Below are positions 20,576 through 30,897 of a DNA stretch of 64,000 bases, in pieces. The stretch spans positions 1,344,001 to 1,408,000 of the forward strand of contig OY771506.1 of NCBI GenBank assembly GCA_963674705.1. The letters run 5' to 3'. How positions within the stretch are numbered: position 1 is the first letter of the stretch; each line of letters opens with the position of its first letter. The position numbers and the translations under genes were made by a program. Origin of the DNA: Phycisphaeraceae bacterium (GTDB taxonomy: Bacteria > Planctomycetota > Phycisphaerae > Phycisphaerales > Phycisphaeraceae). The notes beneath the pieces are model-generated. The model saw only the letters and a program-made list of their open reading frames with translations, was not told the origin of the DNA and searched no databases.

Positions 20576-21435
20576 GCCTGCGGCTCCGTCGGTGGTTTGT
20601 TTTCTTTGGCTGCGACGGTGTCGAGGTATTTGCGGATGATCTGCTGTTCGATGCGGCCCTTGCGCTGGATCGGCGCGGCGACGCGCAGGACAAGATCGAT
20701 GCGATCGGGCGCGGCGATCGTGATGGTGACGCGTGGTTCGACCGAGGGAGCGTCCACACTTTCGGTGCGGGTGAGGTATTCCATGCTCGCACGGGCCTTG
20801 GCCATGTAAGGTGCGCAGACATCTGCGGCGGCTTCGATCAGAGCGTGCTCGTGCACGAGGTAGTCATCATCTCGTTTGATGGGAATGGTGAAGTTGTGGA
20901 CGCCGAACTCGCCGGTGTAGTTTTCGTTGATGACGGGCGTGCTCAGGAAGAGGCTGTTGGGGATGACCAGGACACGGCCGGTGTGCTGGTGGGTGGTTTC
21001 ACCCGGGCCGACTTCCATGAGCGTGGTGGACATGAGGGTCTGATCGATGACGTCGCCGCGCATGTGGTTGACATCGATGCGGTCGCCCAGGGAGAACGAG
21101 CCGCTGCTGGCTTTGAGGAAGCTGCCGGTGATGCAGAGGATCAGTTCCTTGGTCGAAAGCACAACGGCGACAATGACCGCGACGAGGGATAGTGCCAGCG
21201 ATCGCAGCTCTTCGGCCCAGATCATGATCAGGCCGACGGCGATGAGCGCCAGCGTCAGGTTGCGTACGATCAGGATCCAGCGCCGGCGCAGTTCCTGGCT
21301 CTTGATGGGCATGCGGGTGACGCCCTTGTGCAACGACCAGCGCAGTATCAGCACGCCGATGACTACCGCCAGGCTGACCAGGGCGCGGAAGACCCACGGG
21401 TTATCCTGCATGAATTCGGTGATTTCTTTTAGCAT
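20572..21435 (-). CDS. MscS family mechanosensitive channel
   Basis: Three TM segments, FSLGDRI, GDVID and IPNS motifs. Confidence 0.9.
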   Translation of the reverse strand: MLKEITEFMQDNPWVFRALVSLAVVIGVLILRWSLHKGVTRMPIKSQELRRRWILIVRNLTLALIAVGLIMIWAEELRSLALSLVAVIVAVVLSTKELILCITGSFLKASSGSFSLGDRIDVNHMRGDVIDQTLMSTTLMEVGPGETTHQHTGRVLVIPNSLFLSTPVINENYTGEFGVHNFTIPIKRDDDYLVHEHALIEAAADVCAPYMAKARASMEYLTRTESVDAPSVEPRVTITIAAPDRIDLVLRVAAPIQRKGRIEQQIIRKYLDTVAAKENKPPTEPQA

Positions 21436-21576
21436 AGCAGGGCTGGTTCCGGCTACGGATTAAAGTTTATTGGCATGCACGCCTCTGGGTAGTATAAATC
21501 GGATCGGCTTGATTGTACTTATCAACTACACTGGTGGACGCAACCTGATCTTCTGCTAAGCATAGGGTTTAATCGC

Positions 21577-22938
21577 ATGGCACAGCAACCGAAAGTCGCT
21601 TTGATCGGGGCGGGCAGCCTGTTTTTCGGGCGAAAAGCCATCTGGCAGATGGTCCATTCGCCACACCTGCAGGCCGGAACGCTTGCGCTGGTGGATACGG
21701 ACGCCAAGCGTCTGGACAAGATGCGCCGGTTGGCGGAGATGGTCGTGACGCATCACAAGTCGCCACTTAAGATCGAAGCTTCGACTGAGCGGCGCGAGGT
21801 GCTTGCGGACAGTGACTTTGTCATCCTCAGTTTTGCCGACCGCAACGCGCACTTCCGCGGGGTGGATGTGAACATCTCCGCCAAGTACGGCATCCGCATG
21901 TGCTCGGGCGATACGATCGGACCCGGCGGGGTGATGCGTACGCTACGTGAATGGCCTCAGATCGACGCGACCTGTCGGGACATCCTCGAGCTTTGTCCGA
22001 ATGCCTGGGTGATCAACTACATCAATCCCAGCGCGGTGCACGGCATCGGCTTGAAGCGTTTCCACCCCGAAATCAAGTCGTTGGCGTTGTGCGATGCGCA
22101 GTGGGGCTTGCGCGGGCATTATGCGAAGTGCGCCGGCGTAGCGGACGATGAGAAACTTTTGATCCAGTCGGCGGGGCCGAACCACTTCACGTGGCTACTG
22201 CGCGCTGAGTACGACGGGCGAAACATTACCGAAGCGATCGTGGATGCGATGCGCCAGCGTGCCAATGAGGATGCAAATAAGCAGGTCCAGGGCGGAGCGG
22301 CGGACGCGAAGGGATTGCTCAATAACGCGATCGCGGTCGAACTTTACGATCGTTTTGGTGCGTTGCCGACGGTGGTTGCGCATACCAAGGAGTACGTGCG
22401 GTTCTTCCAGCATCCGGGCGTTGAGGGTCGCGATCCGATCCCGCCTTTGAAGTTGTTCGAGGCGGACAAGCGGATGAAGTGGACGGCCGATGTCTGGGCA
22501 CGTGTGGATGCGTATCTTGATGGGTCTGCTGCCATCAGCGAGTTCGATACCGAGTTCGGCCCGGACCCGGCGACTGACCTGGTGGAAAACATGTGGGCAA
22601 ACCTGGGCAAGCCGATGTTCATCAACACGTTCAACAACGGCGCGGTCTCGAATATGGCGGACGACGCTTTCCTCGAGACGTTGTGTGATGTGGGTATGGA
22701 CGGCGCGCGGCCGCGACCGGTCGGGCCGATGCCCCGGGGGATCCGCGGGATGTGCGAGACGGTGCTGGACACCCATGAACTGACCGCCGAGGCGGCCTAT
22801 CGTACGGACCGGACTTTACTCATCCGTGCGATGCTGACGGACCCGCTGACATCTTCTATAGGAGACACGGAGGCTTTGGTCGATGAATTATTGTCAGCCG
22901 AGCGCGACGCGGTTTCTGAGAGTTGGTTTCAAGCCTGA
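21577..22938 (+). CDS. Family 4 glycoside hydrolase (NAD-dependent)
   Basis: IGAGS, DTIGPGG, NYINP, catalytic Cys, NHF and DPL motifs. Confidence 0.9.
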   Translation: MAQQPKVALIGAGSLFFGRKAIWQMVHSPHLQAGTLALVDTDAKRLDKMRRLAEMVVTHHKSPLKIEASTERREVLADSDFVILSFADRNAHFRGVDVNISAKYGIRMCSGDTIGPGGVMRTLREWPQIDATCRDILELCPNAWVINYINPSAVHGIGLKRFHPEIKSLALCDAQWGLRGHYAKCAGVADDEKLLIQSAGPNHFTWLLRAEYDGRNITEAIVDAMRQRANEDANKQVQGGAADAKGLLNNAIAVELYDRFGALPTVVAHTKEYVRFFQHPGVEGRDPIPPLKLFEADKRMKWTADVWARVDAYLDGSAAISEFDTEFGPDPATDLVENMWANLGKPMFINTFNNGAVSNMADDAFLETLCDVGMDGARPRPVGPMPRGIRGMCETVLDTHELTAEAAYRTDRTLLIRAMLTDPLTSSIGDTEALVDELLSAERDAVSESWFQA

Positions 22939-23050
22939 AAACCGCGTGCCGGGCCGATCGCTTGTCGGCGAGGCTGATGTTGCGTATGTTGCGTGATTGG
23001 CCGGGATGGAACCGGCGTTTGTACCGCCCCTGAGGCCAGGGAGGGCTTGA

Positions 23051-25489
23051 TTGGCCAAGCGAAAAGGTAAGAAGAAGACGGAATCCAGCCTGTTTGATGA
23101 ACCCGGTGAGGGCGGCGGAGGCGGTCTGGACACACTCGATACCGGCGGGGGCGATGGTGAGGACCGGGTTGCGCTGCATGAGGCGGCCCAGACGCGGTAC
23201 CTGAACTACGCGCTATCAGTCATCACCAGCCGGGCCCTGCCGGACGTCCGCGACGGGCTGAAGCCTGTTCAGCGGCGCATCCTCTACACCATGTGGCAGC
23301 AGCGGATCACCGCCGACGCCAAGCACCGCAAGTGTGCCAAGGTGGTCGGCGACGTGATGGGTTCGTATCACCCACACGGGGACTCGGCGATCTACGATGC
23401 GCTGGTCCGCATGGCCCAGCCGTTCAGTCTGCGCGTGCCTTTGATCGATGGCTCGGGTAACTTCGGCTCACTCGACGGCGACACGGCCGCGGCGATGCGG
23501 TACACCGAATGCCGGCTTACCCCCCCTGCCGGCGAAGTCCTTTCCGATATCGCGCATAACACCGTTCACTACCGGCCCAACTACGACGGCACGAAGAGCG
23601 AGCCGGTCGTTTTGCCCTCGAAGCTGCCGAACCTGCTGCTCAACGGTGCGACGGGTATTGCGGTCGGTATGGCGACGAATATCCCGCCGCACAATCTGGA
23701 CGAACTCTGCGGCGCGCTGCTGAAGATCCTGGACGAACCGGATATCAAGGAATATCAGCTTGTCGCCAACGACGCGATCAAGGGGCCGGACTTCCCGACC
23801 GGCGGGCAGATCCTGAATACGCGCGATGAACTGCGTGAACTTTATAAGACCGGTGGCGGGACGATACGCCTGCGCGGCACATGGGCAAAGGGGCCTGCAT
23901 CACGCGGCGGAAAGACGCTGTACATCACCAGCATCCCGTACACGGTCAATAAGGCCCAACTCGTCGAGCAGATTGCTCAAGTCGTGGTCGGGCGGAAGAT
24001 GCCGTTACTTCTTGATGTGCGCGATATATCGACCGATGACGTGCGGATCGAGTTGGAGCTAAAAAAGGACGCCGACGAACAGAAGGTGATGGCTTACCTG
24101 TTCAAGAACACGGCGCTACAGACCAACTTCAACGTGAACGTCACCTGCCTCGTGCCGACGGAAAACCCTGACGTTGGTCGGCCGGAGAAACTCGGGCTCA
24201 AAGAGGCGCTGTGGCACTTCCTGCACTTCCGGTTGGAGGTTGTGACGCGCAGGCTGGAACACGAGTTGGCCGCATTGCAGAAGCGGGCGCACATCCTTGA
24301 AGGTTTTGCGCTTGTCTTCGATGCGCTGGATGAGATTATCCGGATCATCCGCCGATCTGACGGCAAAGCGGATGCCGCGAAAAAGATCATGGCGCGGTTC
24401 AAGCAGCTCGATGCTGAACAGACGGATGCCATCCTCGAATTGAAGCTGTATCGGCTGGCCAAGCTTGAGATCAACCTGGTTGTCGAAGAGCTGAAGGAAA
24501 AGAAGAAGCGAATCCGCGAGATCAAGAAGCTGCTTGAGGAGAAGGCGGCGACCGGCCGATGGGGCATCGTGCGCGGTGAGATCGAGCAGATCCGCAAGGA
24601 TTATGCCAAGGATGACAAACGCCGCACGTTGATCGAAGCGCCGGAGGATGAGCCGGAGTTCTCGGCCGAGGACTTTATTGTCGAGGAAGATGCACACGTG
24701 CTGGTGACGGCCGACGGGTGGATCAAGCGTCAACGCGAGATCAAGGACCCGGCCAACACGCGCCTGCGCGAGGGCGACCGTGTGCTTGCCTGCGAAGCCG
24801 GTTCGACCCGTGCGACGATCGTGTTCTTCTCGAGCTTCGGCGTGGCGTATACCAGCCGGATCATCGACGTGCCTGCTACGACGGGCTACGGCGAGCCGAT
24901 CCAGAAGCTGTTCAAACTCAAGGACGGCGAGCGGATTGTCGCGGCCTATTCACTGGACCCACGCGCGATCGGCGACATCGCTGAAGACCCGAAGCAGCCG
25001 GAGCTTTGTCCGTTGACGCACGCGGTTGCGGCGACCAGCGACGGGTTTGCATTACGCTTCGGGCTTGAGCCTTTCATCGAACCCAGCACGCGCGCCGGCC
25101 GACGGTTTGCACGACCTGCCAAGGGCTCGCAAGTCATCGGCGTCGAAAAGATCCACGGCGACGAGACCATCCTTGCGGTCAGCCAGTTGTGCCGGGCGAT
25201 GGTCTGCCGGATCGACGAGATCAATTACCTGTCCGGTCCCGGCAAGGGTGTGATGCTGATCAAGCTCGGTAAGGACGACCGGCTGATCGGGTTCAAGTCC
25301 TCCGCGGGTGATCGTGATCTATTGAATGTCGAAACCAACCGCGGCGCGAAGAAGACGATCAGCACCGCGAAGTACAAGAGAACCGGTCGGGGCGGCAAGG
25401 GAACGGAGATCCAGAAGAACGGCCGGATAGCAAAGATAGTACCTGATGTTCCTTCAATGCCCCTGTTACTGGATGAAGAAGAAGAATGA
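23051..25489 (+). CDS. parC: Type IIA topoisomerase A subunit, Topo IV (ParC)-like
   Basis: [22 protein letters not shown] and AAMRYTE motifs; no GyrA-box after the first C-terminal blade ([11 protein letters not shown]). Confidence 0.8.
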   Translation: MAKRKGKKKTESSLFDEPGEGGGGGLDTLDTGGGDGEDRVALHEAAQTRYLNYALSVITSRALPDVRDGLKPVQRRILYTMWQQRITADAKHRKCAKVVGDVMGSYHPHGDSAIYDALVRMAQPFSLRVPLIDGSGNFGSLDGDTAAAMRYTECRLTPPAGEVLSDIAHNTVHYRPNYDGTKSEPVVLPSKLPNLLLNGATGIAVGMATNIPPHNLDELCGALLKILDEPDIKEYQLVANDAIKGPDFPTGGQILNTRDELRELYKTGGGTIRLRGTWAKGPASRGGKTLYITSIPYTVNKAQLVEQIAQVVVGRKMPLLLDVRDISTDDVRIELELKKDADEQKVMAYLFKNTALQTNFNVNVTCLVPTENPDVGRPEKLGLKEALWHFLHFRLEVVTRRLEHELAALQKRAHILEGFALVFDALDEIIRIIRRSDGKADAAKKIMARFKQLDAEQTDAILELKLYRLAKLEINLVVEELKEKKKRIREIKKLLEEKAATGRWGIVRGEIEQIRKDYAKDDKRRTLIEAPEDEPEFSAEDFIVEEDAHVLVTADGWIKRQREIKDPANTRLREGDRVLACEAGSTRATIVFFSSFGVAYTSRIIDVPATTGYGEPIQKLFKLKDGERIVAAYSLDPRAIGDIAEDPKQPELCPLTHAVAATSDGFALRFGLEPFIEPSTRAGRRFARPAKGSQVIGVEKIHGDETILAVSQLCRAMVCRIDEINYLSGPGKGVMLIKLGKDDRLIGFKSSAGDRDLLNVETNRGAKKTISTAKYKRTGRGGKGTEIQKNGRIAKIVPDVPSMPLLLDEEEE

Positions 25490-25944
25490 TTATTGATTCA
25501 CTGGATAACGCGTCTGCTTACGAATCGCTTGGTCCGGGATTTGCCAAGGCGTTTGCATACCTGCAAAGCGATCGGCCGATGACGGACCCGCTCGGCAGGC
25601 ATGAATTGGATGGTAAGGATTTGTACGTCAGCATTGATGAATACAACTCCAAACCGATCGAGCAAGGGCGTTTCGAGGCACACCGTAAGTACGCGGACGT
25701 GCAGTACATTGTGTCCGGACACGAGCGGATCGGTTATACGACACTCGACGCGCTGGAAGAAGAGCAGGCCTACGATGAACAGCGGGACGTCGCCTTTTAC
25801 AAGGGCGAAGGCACGATGCTGGACATGCAGGCCGGGCGATTTACGGTGTTTCTGCCCCAGGACGCCCACATGCCATGCATCGCCGCCAACGGCAAACCCG
25901 AACCGGTCCGGAAGGTTGTAGTCAAAGTCAGGATTGGTGAATGA
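25486..25944 (+). CDS. YhcH/YjgK/YiaL (NanQ-like) protein
   Basis: [20 protein letters not shown] and RKVVVKV motifs. Confidence 0.92.
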   Translation: MIIDSLDNASAYESLGPGFAKAFAYLQSDRPMTDPLGRHELDGKDLYVSIDEYNSKPIEQGRFEAHRKYADVQYIVSGHERIGYTTLDALEEEQAYDEQRDVAFYKGEGTMLDMQAGRFTVFLPQDAHMPCIAANGKPEPVRKVVVKVRIGE

Positions 25945-27848
25945 CCGCTACATATACCGCTAAAGATATTGATGTCCTCGAGGGTTTGGAACCCGTGCGT
26001 AAGCGCCCGGGGATGTATATCGGTGGGGTCAGCAGCACCGGGCTGCACCACCTTGTCTGGGAAGTGCTGGACAACGCGATCGACGAGGCGATGAACGGTC
26101 ACGCGTCGGAGATCGGTGTTACGCTTCATAAGGACGGCAAGACCGTCACGATCAGCGATAATGGCCGCGGTATCCCTGTTGATATTCACCCGAAGCACAA
26201 GAAGCCGGCGCTGGAGATAATCCTCTGCACGTTGCACGCCGGCGGTAAGTTCACCGAGAACAACTACAAGACCGCGGGCGGTCTGCACGGCGTCGGGGCG
26301 TCGGTCGTTAATGCTTTGTCCAAAGAGTTGACCGCGACCGTCAAGCGTGACGGCAAGGAATACTCGATGGTATTCAAGCGAGGTATCCCCCAGGGCAAGA
26401 TGAAACGTAAGCCCGGGGCGCGGGGCACGGGGACGACGATCACGTTCCATCCCGATCCGACGATCTTTCCCAAGAACGAGTTCAATGCCGACACGATCCG
26501 CGACCGGCTGGAGATCGCCAGCTACCTGCACAAGGGCGTGAAGATCACGTTCGAGGATCAGGCAAACGGTAAGAAAGATACGTTCCAACACAGGGAAGGC
26601 ATCGCGCAATACCTCGATAAGATCGTCAAGGAGCGCAACGCCCGGCCGATCAACGACGCGGTGTTTACGCTGGAAAAAGACAACGGCACACGGGTTGAAA
26701 CCGTGTTCCGCTGGACCGAATCGACCGACGAGCATGTGCGAAGCTATGTCAACGGCATCCCGACAGGCTCGGGCGGTACGCATGAAAACGGTTTGCGGGC
26801 CGGGCTGACCAAGGCGGTACGTAATTACATCGAGACGCACAGCCTGACGCCGCGCGGCGTTAAGATGACGCATGAAGATGTACGCGAGGGGCTTGTCGCG
26901 ATCCTGAGTGTGTTTGTACAGGACCCGCAATTCCAGGGGCAGACCAAGGATCGGCTGAACAATCCTGAGGTGCAGGGCGTGATCGATAACGTAATCCGCC
27001 CGGCGCTTGAACACTGGCTTAACCATAACCGCAGCGTGGCGGAGTCGATCGTTGCCAGGATCATCCAGGCGGCAAGGGCGCGCGAAGCATCGCGTGCAGC
27101 GTCAGCGAGCGTATCGCGGAAAAGCGCAACGGCCAACCGCGTCACGCTGCCCGGTAAACTCAGCGACTGCACGAATCAGAAGCGACACAACACAGAGCTT
27201 TTTATTGTCGAGGGCGACTCGGCCGGCGGCAGCGCCAAGCAGGGCCGGGACCGTTCACACCAGGCGATCCTGCCCCTGCGTGGTAAGGTGCTGAACACCG
27301 AAACCGTGTCGTTGTCAAAGGTCTTGCAGAACAAAGAGCTTTCCGACCTGATCACCGCGATGGGTTGTGGCGTCGGAAAAGATTTTGATTTAAGCAAGCT
27401 GCGCTACCAGCGCATCATCCTGCTGGCCGACGCGGACTCGGACGGCCATCACATCACGACGCTGCTGTTGACGTTCTACTACCGTCACTTGCCGGAGTTG
27501 TTGCGAGAGGGCCGTATCTATCTCGCGGTCCCGCCGCTCTATCGCATCGACATCGGCAAGGAAACCTACTGGGCCGCCGACGAAACCGACCGCGAATCGA
27601 TCCTCGCCAAGCACGGTAAGGGAAATGCTAAGGCAGACATCACCCGCTTCAAGGGTCTCGGTGAAATGATGCCGAAGGTCCTGTGGGAAACAACATTGAA
27701 TCCCAAGACGCGCCGCCTGCTGCGTGTCGACATTGCCGACAGCCTGGAAACCGACCGCGTCATGAGCGACCTGATGGGCAAAGACCCCAGCGCCAGGTTC
27801 GACTTCATCATGGAACGCGCGGACGAGGCGCAGGCGTTGGATGTGTAA
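25941..27848 (+). CDS. parE: Type IIA topoisomerase B subunit, Topo IV (ParE)-like
   Basis: VRKRPGMYIG, GGLHGVG, VEGDSAGG, PLRGK, DADSDG and RFKGLGEM motifs; 635 aa. Confidence 0.8.
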   Translation: MTATYTAKDIDVLEGLEPVRKRPGMYIGGVSSTGLHHLVWEVLDNAIDEAMNGHASEIGVTLHKDGKTVTISDNGRGIPVDIHPKHKKPALEIILCTLHAGGKFTENNYKTAGGLHGVGASVVNALSKELTATVKRDGKEYSMVFKRGIPQGKMKRKPGARGTGTTITFHPDPTIFPKNEFNADTIRDRLEIASYLHKGVKITFEDQANGKKDTFQHREGIAQYLDKIVKERNARPINDAVFTLEKDNGTRVETVFRWTESTDEHVRSYVNGIPTGSGGTHENGLRAGLTKAVRNYIETHSLTPRGVKMTHEDVREGLVAILSVFVQDPQFQGQTKDRLNNPEVQGVIDNVIRPALEHWLNHNRSVAESIVARIIQAARAREASRAASASVSRKSATANRVTLPGKLSDCTNQKRHNTELFIVEGDSAGGSAKQGRDRSHQAILPLRGKVLNTETVSLSKVLQNKELSDLITAMGCGVGKDFDLSKLRYQRIILLADADSDGHHITTLLLTFYYRHLPELLREGRIYLAVPPLYRIDIGKETYWAADETDRESILAKHGKGNAKADITRFKGLGEMMPKVLWETTLNPKTRRLLRVDIADSLETDRVMSDLMGKDPSARFDFIMERADEAQALDV

Positions 27849-27867
27849 TGGCTGGGGTAATGCATTT

Positions 27868-28049
27868 TTAGCCACAGATGAACACGGATAAACACAGATA
27901 AGAATCAGATGTAGGTTTGTTTTGTTCTTGTTCCTTCTCCCCTTGGGAGAAGGTTAGGATGAGGGCCGGGTTGATTTCGTATTCAACTTGAAAGCAAACA
28001 CAGAAAGACTTCGGCCCTCACCCCGACCCTCTCCCGAGGGGAGAGGGGG
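27868..28049. repeat. Composite intergenic repeat: solo 10-bp-period arm plus inverted pair of CCCTCTCCC palindromes
   Basis: 27868-27901 matches 884-917; 27933-27969 and 28012-28049 are inverted copies. Confidence 0.85.
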
Positions 28050-28055
28050 TAAGAA

Positions 28056-29483
28056 TCAAAGCTTGTCTAAGTAATTGTGCCTGTATTCTGACAGCGCCCG
28101 CACCACACGCGGGGCGAGTAATAGTGTTGTGATCATCGTGGGGAACGCCATCAGGCCGTAGGCTGTGTCGATGAGCATGATCACTTGGTCATGCGGGGCG
28201 GCGGCGCCGAGGATTAAAGTAAAAGCGAACCAGGCGAGGAAGAGCCATTTGCCGATTGTGCCGAGGTTTCCGCGGAAGAGGTAGTTCCAGCATTTGGTGT
28301 TGTAGTTAGCCATGCCGACCATGGTGGAGAAGCCGAAGAGCGCGACGGCGATCGCCAGGCCGTGCGTGCCGTATTGGCCGAGTGTTTGTTCGAAGGCGTA
28401 GTGCGTGAGGACGACGCCCTTCATACTTTGTTGTTCGTCGACGTTGGTGCTGACGAGGATGACCAGGGCGGTCATCGTGCAGACTATCAACGTGTCGATC
28501 ATGGGTCCGAGCATGGCGACGAGGCCCTCGCTGACGGGCTCGGTGGTTTTAGCGTTGGAGTGTGCCATGGGCGCGGTGCCTACACCCGCTTCGTTGCTGA
28601 ATGCGGCGCGTTTCACGCCGGTGACGAGTACGGCGATGAACGCGCCTTGTGCACCGCCGTACATCGCATCGGGTGAGAAAGCTTCGGTGAAGATACTGGC
28701 AAACGCCGTGGGTACAGTATCGAGACGTAGCGCGATCACCACAAGCGCCGCGACCACGTAGAACACGCACATCAACGGCACCATCGCGCTGGTCCACTTT
28801 GCCAGGCGTTTTATCCCACCGAGCAGGACGTAGGTGATGAGAGCGGCACAGACGATACCCATGATGAGCCGGTCGCGCGGGATATTGCCGAGGATGTAGG
28901 TCGTGTTTTCTTCGTTGTAACCGAGCCAGGAGTTGTGAAAGAAGCTGACGGTTTGGTTGGCGGTGTAGAGAGCGGTGGTGCCGATCATGCCGCAGAGGGC
29001 AAAGAAGATCGCGAGCGGTTTGAAGTAGTGAGGCAGCGCATTGTCGATGACGTACATCGGCCCGCCCTGGACTTCGCCGCTGTGGTCTTTACCGCGGTAC
29101 ATCACGGCCAATGAACACTCGAAGAACTTGGTGTTCATCCCGATGAAAGCGGCGACCCACATCCAGAAGATCGCGCCGGGTCCGCCTTGCGTGATGGCGA
29201 CGGCGACGCCGGCGATGTTGCCCAATCCCACGGTCGCCGCCAGCGCGTTACAGAGTGCTTTGAAGTGGCTGATCTGACCGGGGTCGTCCGCGTCGCCGGG
29301 GTGATGGTATTGACCGAGCGTCAGCTTGAGTGCATGGGTGAATCCGGTGAATGGCAGGAAGCGTGAAAACGCCAGCAGCACCAGCCCCCCACCGATCAGC
29401 AGGATGACCAACGGCATGCCCCATGCGAGGTCGTTGAGGATGGTGTTCAGGTCCGAAAGTGCTTTGCCCAATCGCGCTAACAT
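28056..29483 (-). CDS. Alanine/glycine:cation symporter (AlsT family)
   Basis: GLGNIAGVA, GGPGAIFWMW, GGPMY and FSNEAGVG motifs; start chosen at ATG 29483. Confidence 0.93.
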   Translation of the reverse strand: MLARLGKALSDLNTILNDLAWGMPLVILLIGGGLVLLAFSRFLPFTGFTHALKLTLGQYHHPGDADDPGQISHFKALCNALAATVGLGNIAGVAVAITQGGPGAIFWMWVAAFIGMNTKFFECSLAVMYRGKDHSGEVQGGPMYVIDNALPHYFKPLAIFFALCGMIGTTALYTANQTVSFFHNSWLGYNEENTTYILGNIPRDRLIMGIVCAALITYVLLGGIKRLAKWTSAMVPLMCVFYVVAALVVIALRLDTVPTAFASIFTEAFSPDAMYGGAQGAFIAVLVTGVKRAAFSNEAGVGTAPMAHSNAKTTEPVSEGLVAMLGPMIDTLIVCTMTALVILVSTNVDEQQSMKGVVLTHYAFEQTLGQYGTHGLAIAVALFGFSTMVGMANYNTKCWNYLFRGNLGTIGKWLFLAWFAFTLILGAAAPHDQVIMLIDTAYGLMAFPTMITTLLLAPRVVRALSEYRHNYLDKL

Positions 29484-29642
29484 ATCAGCGTTATTGACAA
29501 CTTCGACTTTCGCAATGTGTATCAGCAAAATAACACCCTCAGTGCCAAGATGAAGACGGCACAAGAGAACGTTAACGGGTGATAAGAGTGATAGCAACCG
29601 AGCGGTCAGTCCTGCGACAAGGTTGTCATGTGGTTGAGCAGA

Positions 29643-30866
29643 TCAACCCCCGGCGACGACCCTGCCGACGCTGAAGATCGGCAGTAGCAGCGCGATGGCG
29701 ACGAAGCCGATGATCAAACCCATGGCAGCGGTCATGACCGGCTCGATCAGGCTGGTGGTGCTCTTGATCTGCTCGTCGAAGTCCTTCTCGGTGAAGTCGG
29801 CGATGCGTTCCATGACGTCGCCGATGCGCCCGGAGCGTTCGCCGGAGTACACCATCTGCGCGACCGAGCGCGGGATCAACGGGGAATCGAACAGCGAGTC
29901 CGACAACTGCGCCCCCTGCCGAAGCCGGGTGTCGGCATCGGTCCAGAGGTCTTCGTAGAGCGAGTTGTTTGTCACCTCCCGGACGATCTCGATCATGTCG
30001 AGGATCGGCACGCCGGCGGAGACCATCGTTCCCATCGTGCGGCAGCCGCGCGTCAGGTAGAGCTTGTTAAACAGCGGCCCGATGATCGGCGCGTGCAGTT
30101 TTAAGTAATCCAGGAAGCGTTGCCCGCCGGGCGTTCCGGCAAAGAAGTAGGTGCCCGCCACGGCCATGATGATCGCGCCGAGCCACATGTGCCATTGCGT
30201 CAGCAGGCTGTTGCTGAGCCCGAGCAGGATCTGCGTCGGCATGGGTAATGCCGTCCCGCGTGACTGGTAGATCCCGGCGAAGCGCGGCAGTACAAAGATC
30301 AGTAGGAACGTTGTGACAACAATCACCATCCCGAGCATGAACGCGGGATAGGTCAGTGCACCGCGGATCTTCTTTGCGGTCTGCATTTCCTTGGATAAGT
30401 ATCCTGACACGCGCTCGAGCATCCGCCCCATGGTCCCGGAGACTTCGCTGGCGCGGATCAGGCTGGTCATCACGGGCGGGAATACCTTGCTGTGCGCTCG
30501 CAGCGCGCCTGACAGGTCGTTGCCGGCCTGCACCTGGTCGCTGATATCCTTGAGTATCATCCGGAAGGCTTCGTTCTCGCTCTGCTGTGCGACACATTCC
30601 AATGCTTCGGAGATCGGCACACCCGTGTCGACCATGACCGCGAGCTGGTGCGAGAACGTAATCACTTCCGACCGCCGTATTTTACCGCCGGACTTTGCCG
30701 GACTCTTGTTCTGGGAAGCGGCCACTTCCTTCGTCTTTTCGATCGAGACGACGAACTTGCCGTCATTGCGCAGCAGACGACCGGCCTCTTCAACGTCGGC
30801 CGCGCTGAGCACGCCGGTGATCAGCTCGCCCCGGCCATCCCTCGCTTTGTACTTGAACTTCGCCAT
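29643..30866 (-). CDS. pilC: PilC/GspF platform protein
   Basis: F.YKARD start; two T2SSF repeats (SEVSG/GERSG); ALTYP and IEP motifs. Confidence 0.9.
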   Translation of the reverse strand: MAKFKYKARDGRGELITGVLSAADVEEAGRLLRNDGKFVVSIEKTKEVAASQNKSPAKSGGKIRRSEVITFSHQLAVMVDTGVPISEALECVAQQSENEAFRMILKDISDQVQAGNDLSGALRAHSKVFPPVMTSLIRASEVSGTMGRMLERVSGYLSKEMQTAKKIRGALTYPAFMLGMVIVVTTFLLIFVLPRFAGIYQSRGTALPMPTQILLGLSNSLLTQWHMWLGAIIMAVAGTYFFAGTPGGQRFLDYLKLHAPIIGPLFNKLYLTRGCRTMGTMVSAGVPILDMIEIVREVTNNSLYEDLWTDADTRLRQGAQLSDSLFDSPLIPRSVAQMVYSGERSGRIGDVMERIADFTEKDFDEQIKSTTSLIEPVMTAAMGLIIGFVAIALLLPIFSVGRVVAGG

Positions 30867-30897
30867 GTATCCCTGGGTCCGTACTGCTTGGATTCGC

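Noticed and set aside
23051..25489. Calling the A subunit gyrA
   Set aside because: The GyrA-box is missing at its canonical position and the C-terminal domain appears reduced.
25797..27026. 409-aa minus-strand ORF
   Set aside because: Antisense shadow of the topoisomerase B subunit.
29484..29597. N-terminal extension of the alanine symporter
   Set aside because: AT-richer, intergenic-like sequence without family similarity; the downstream ATG is preferred.
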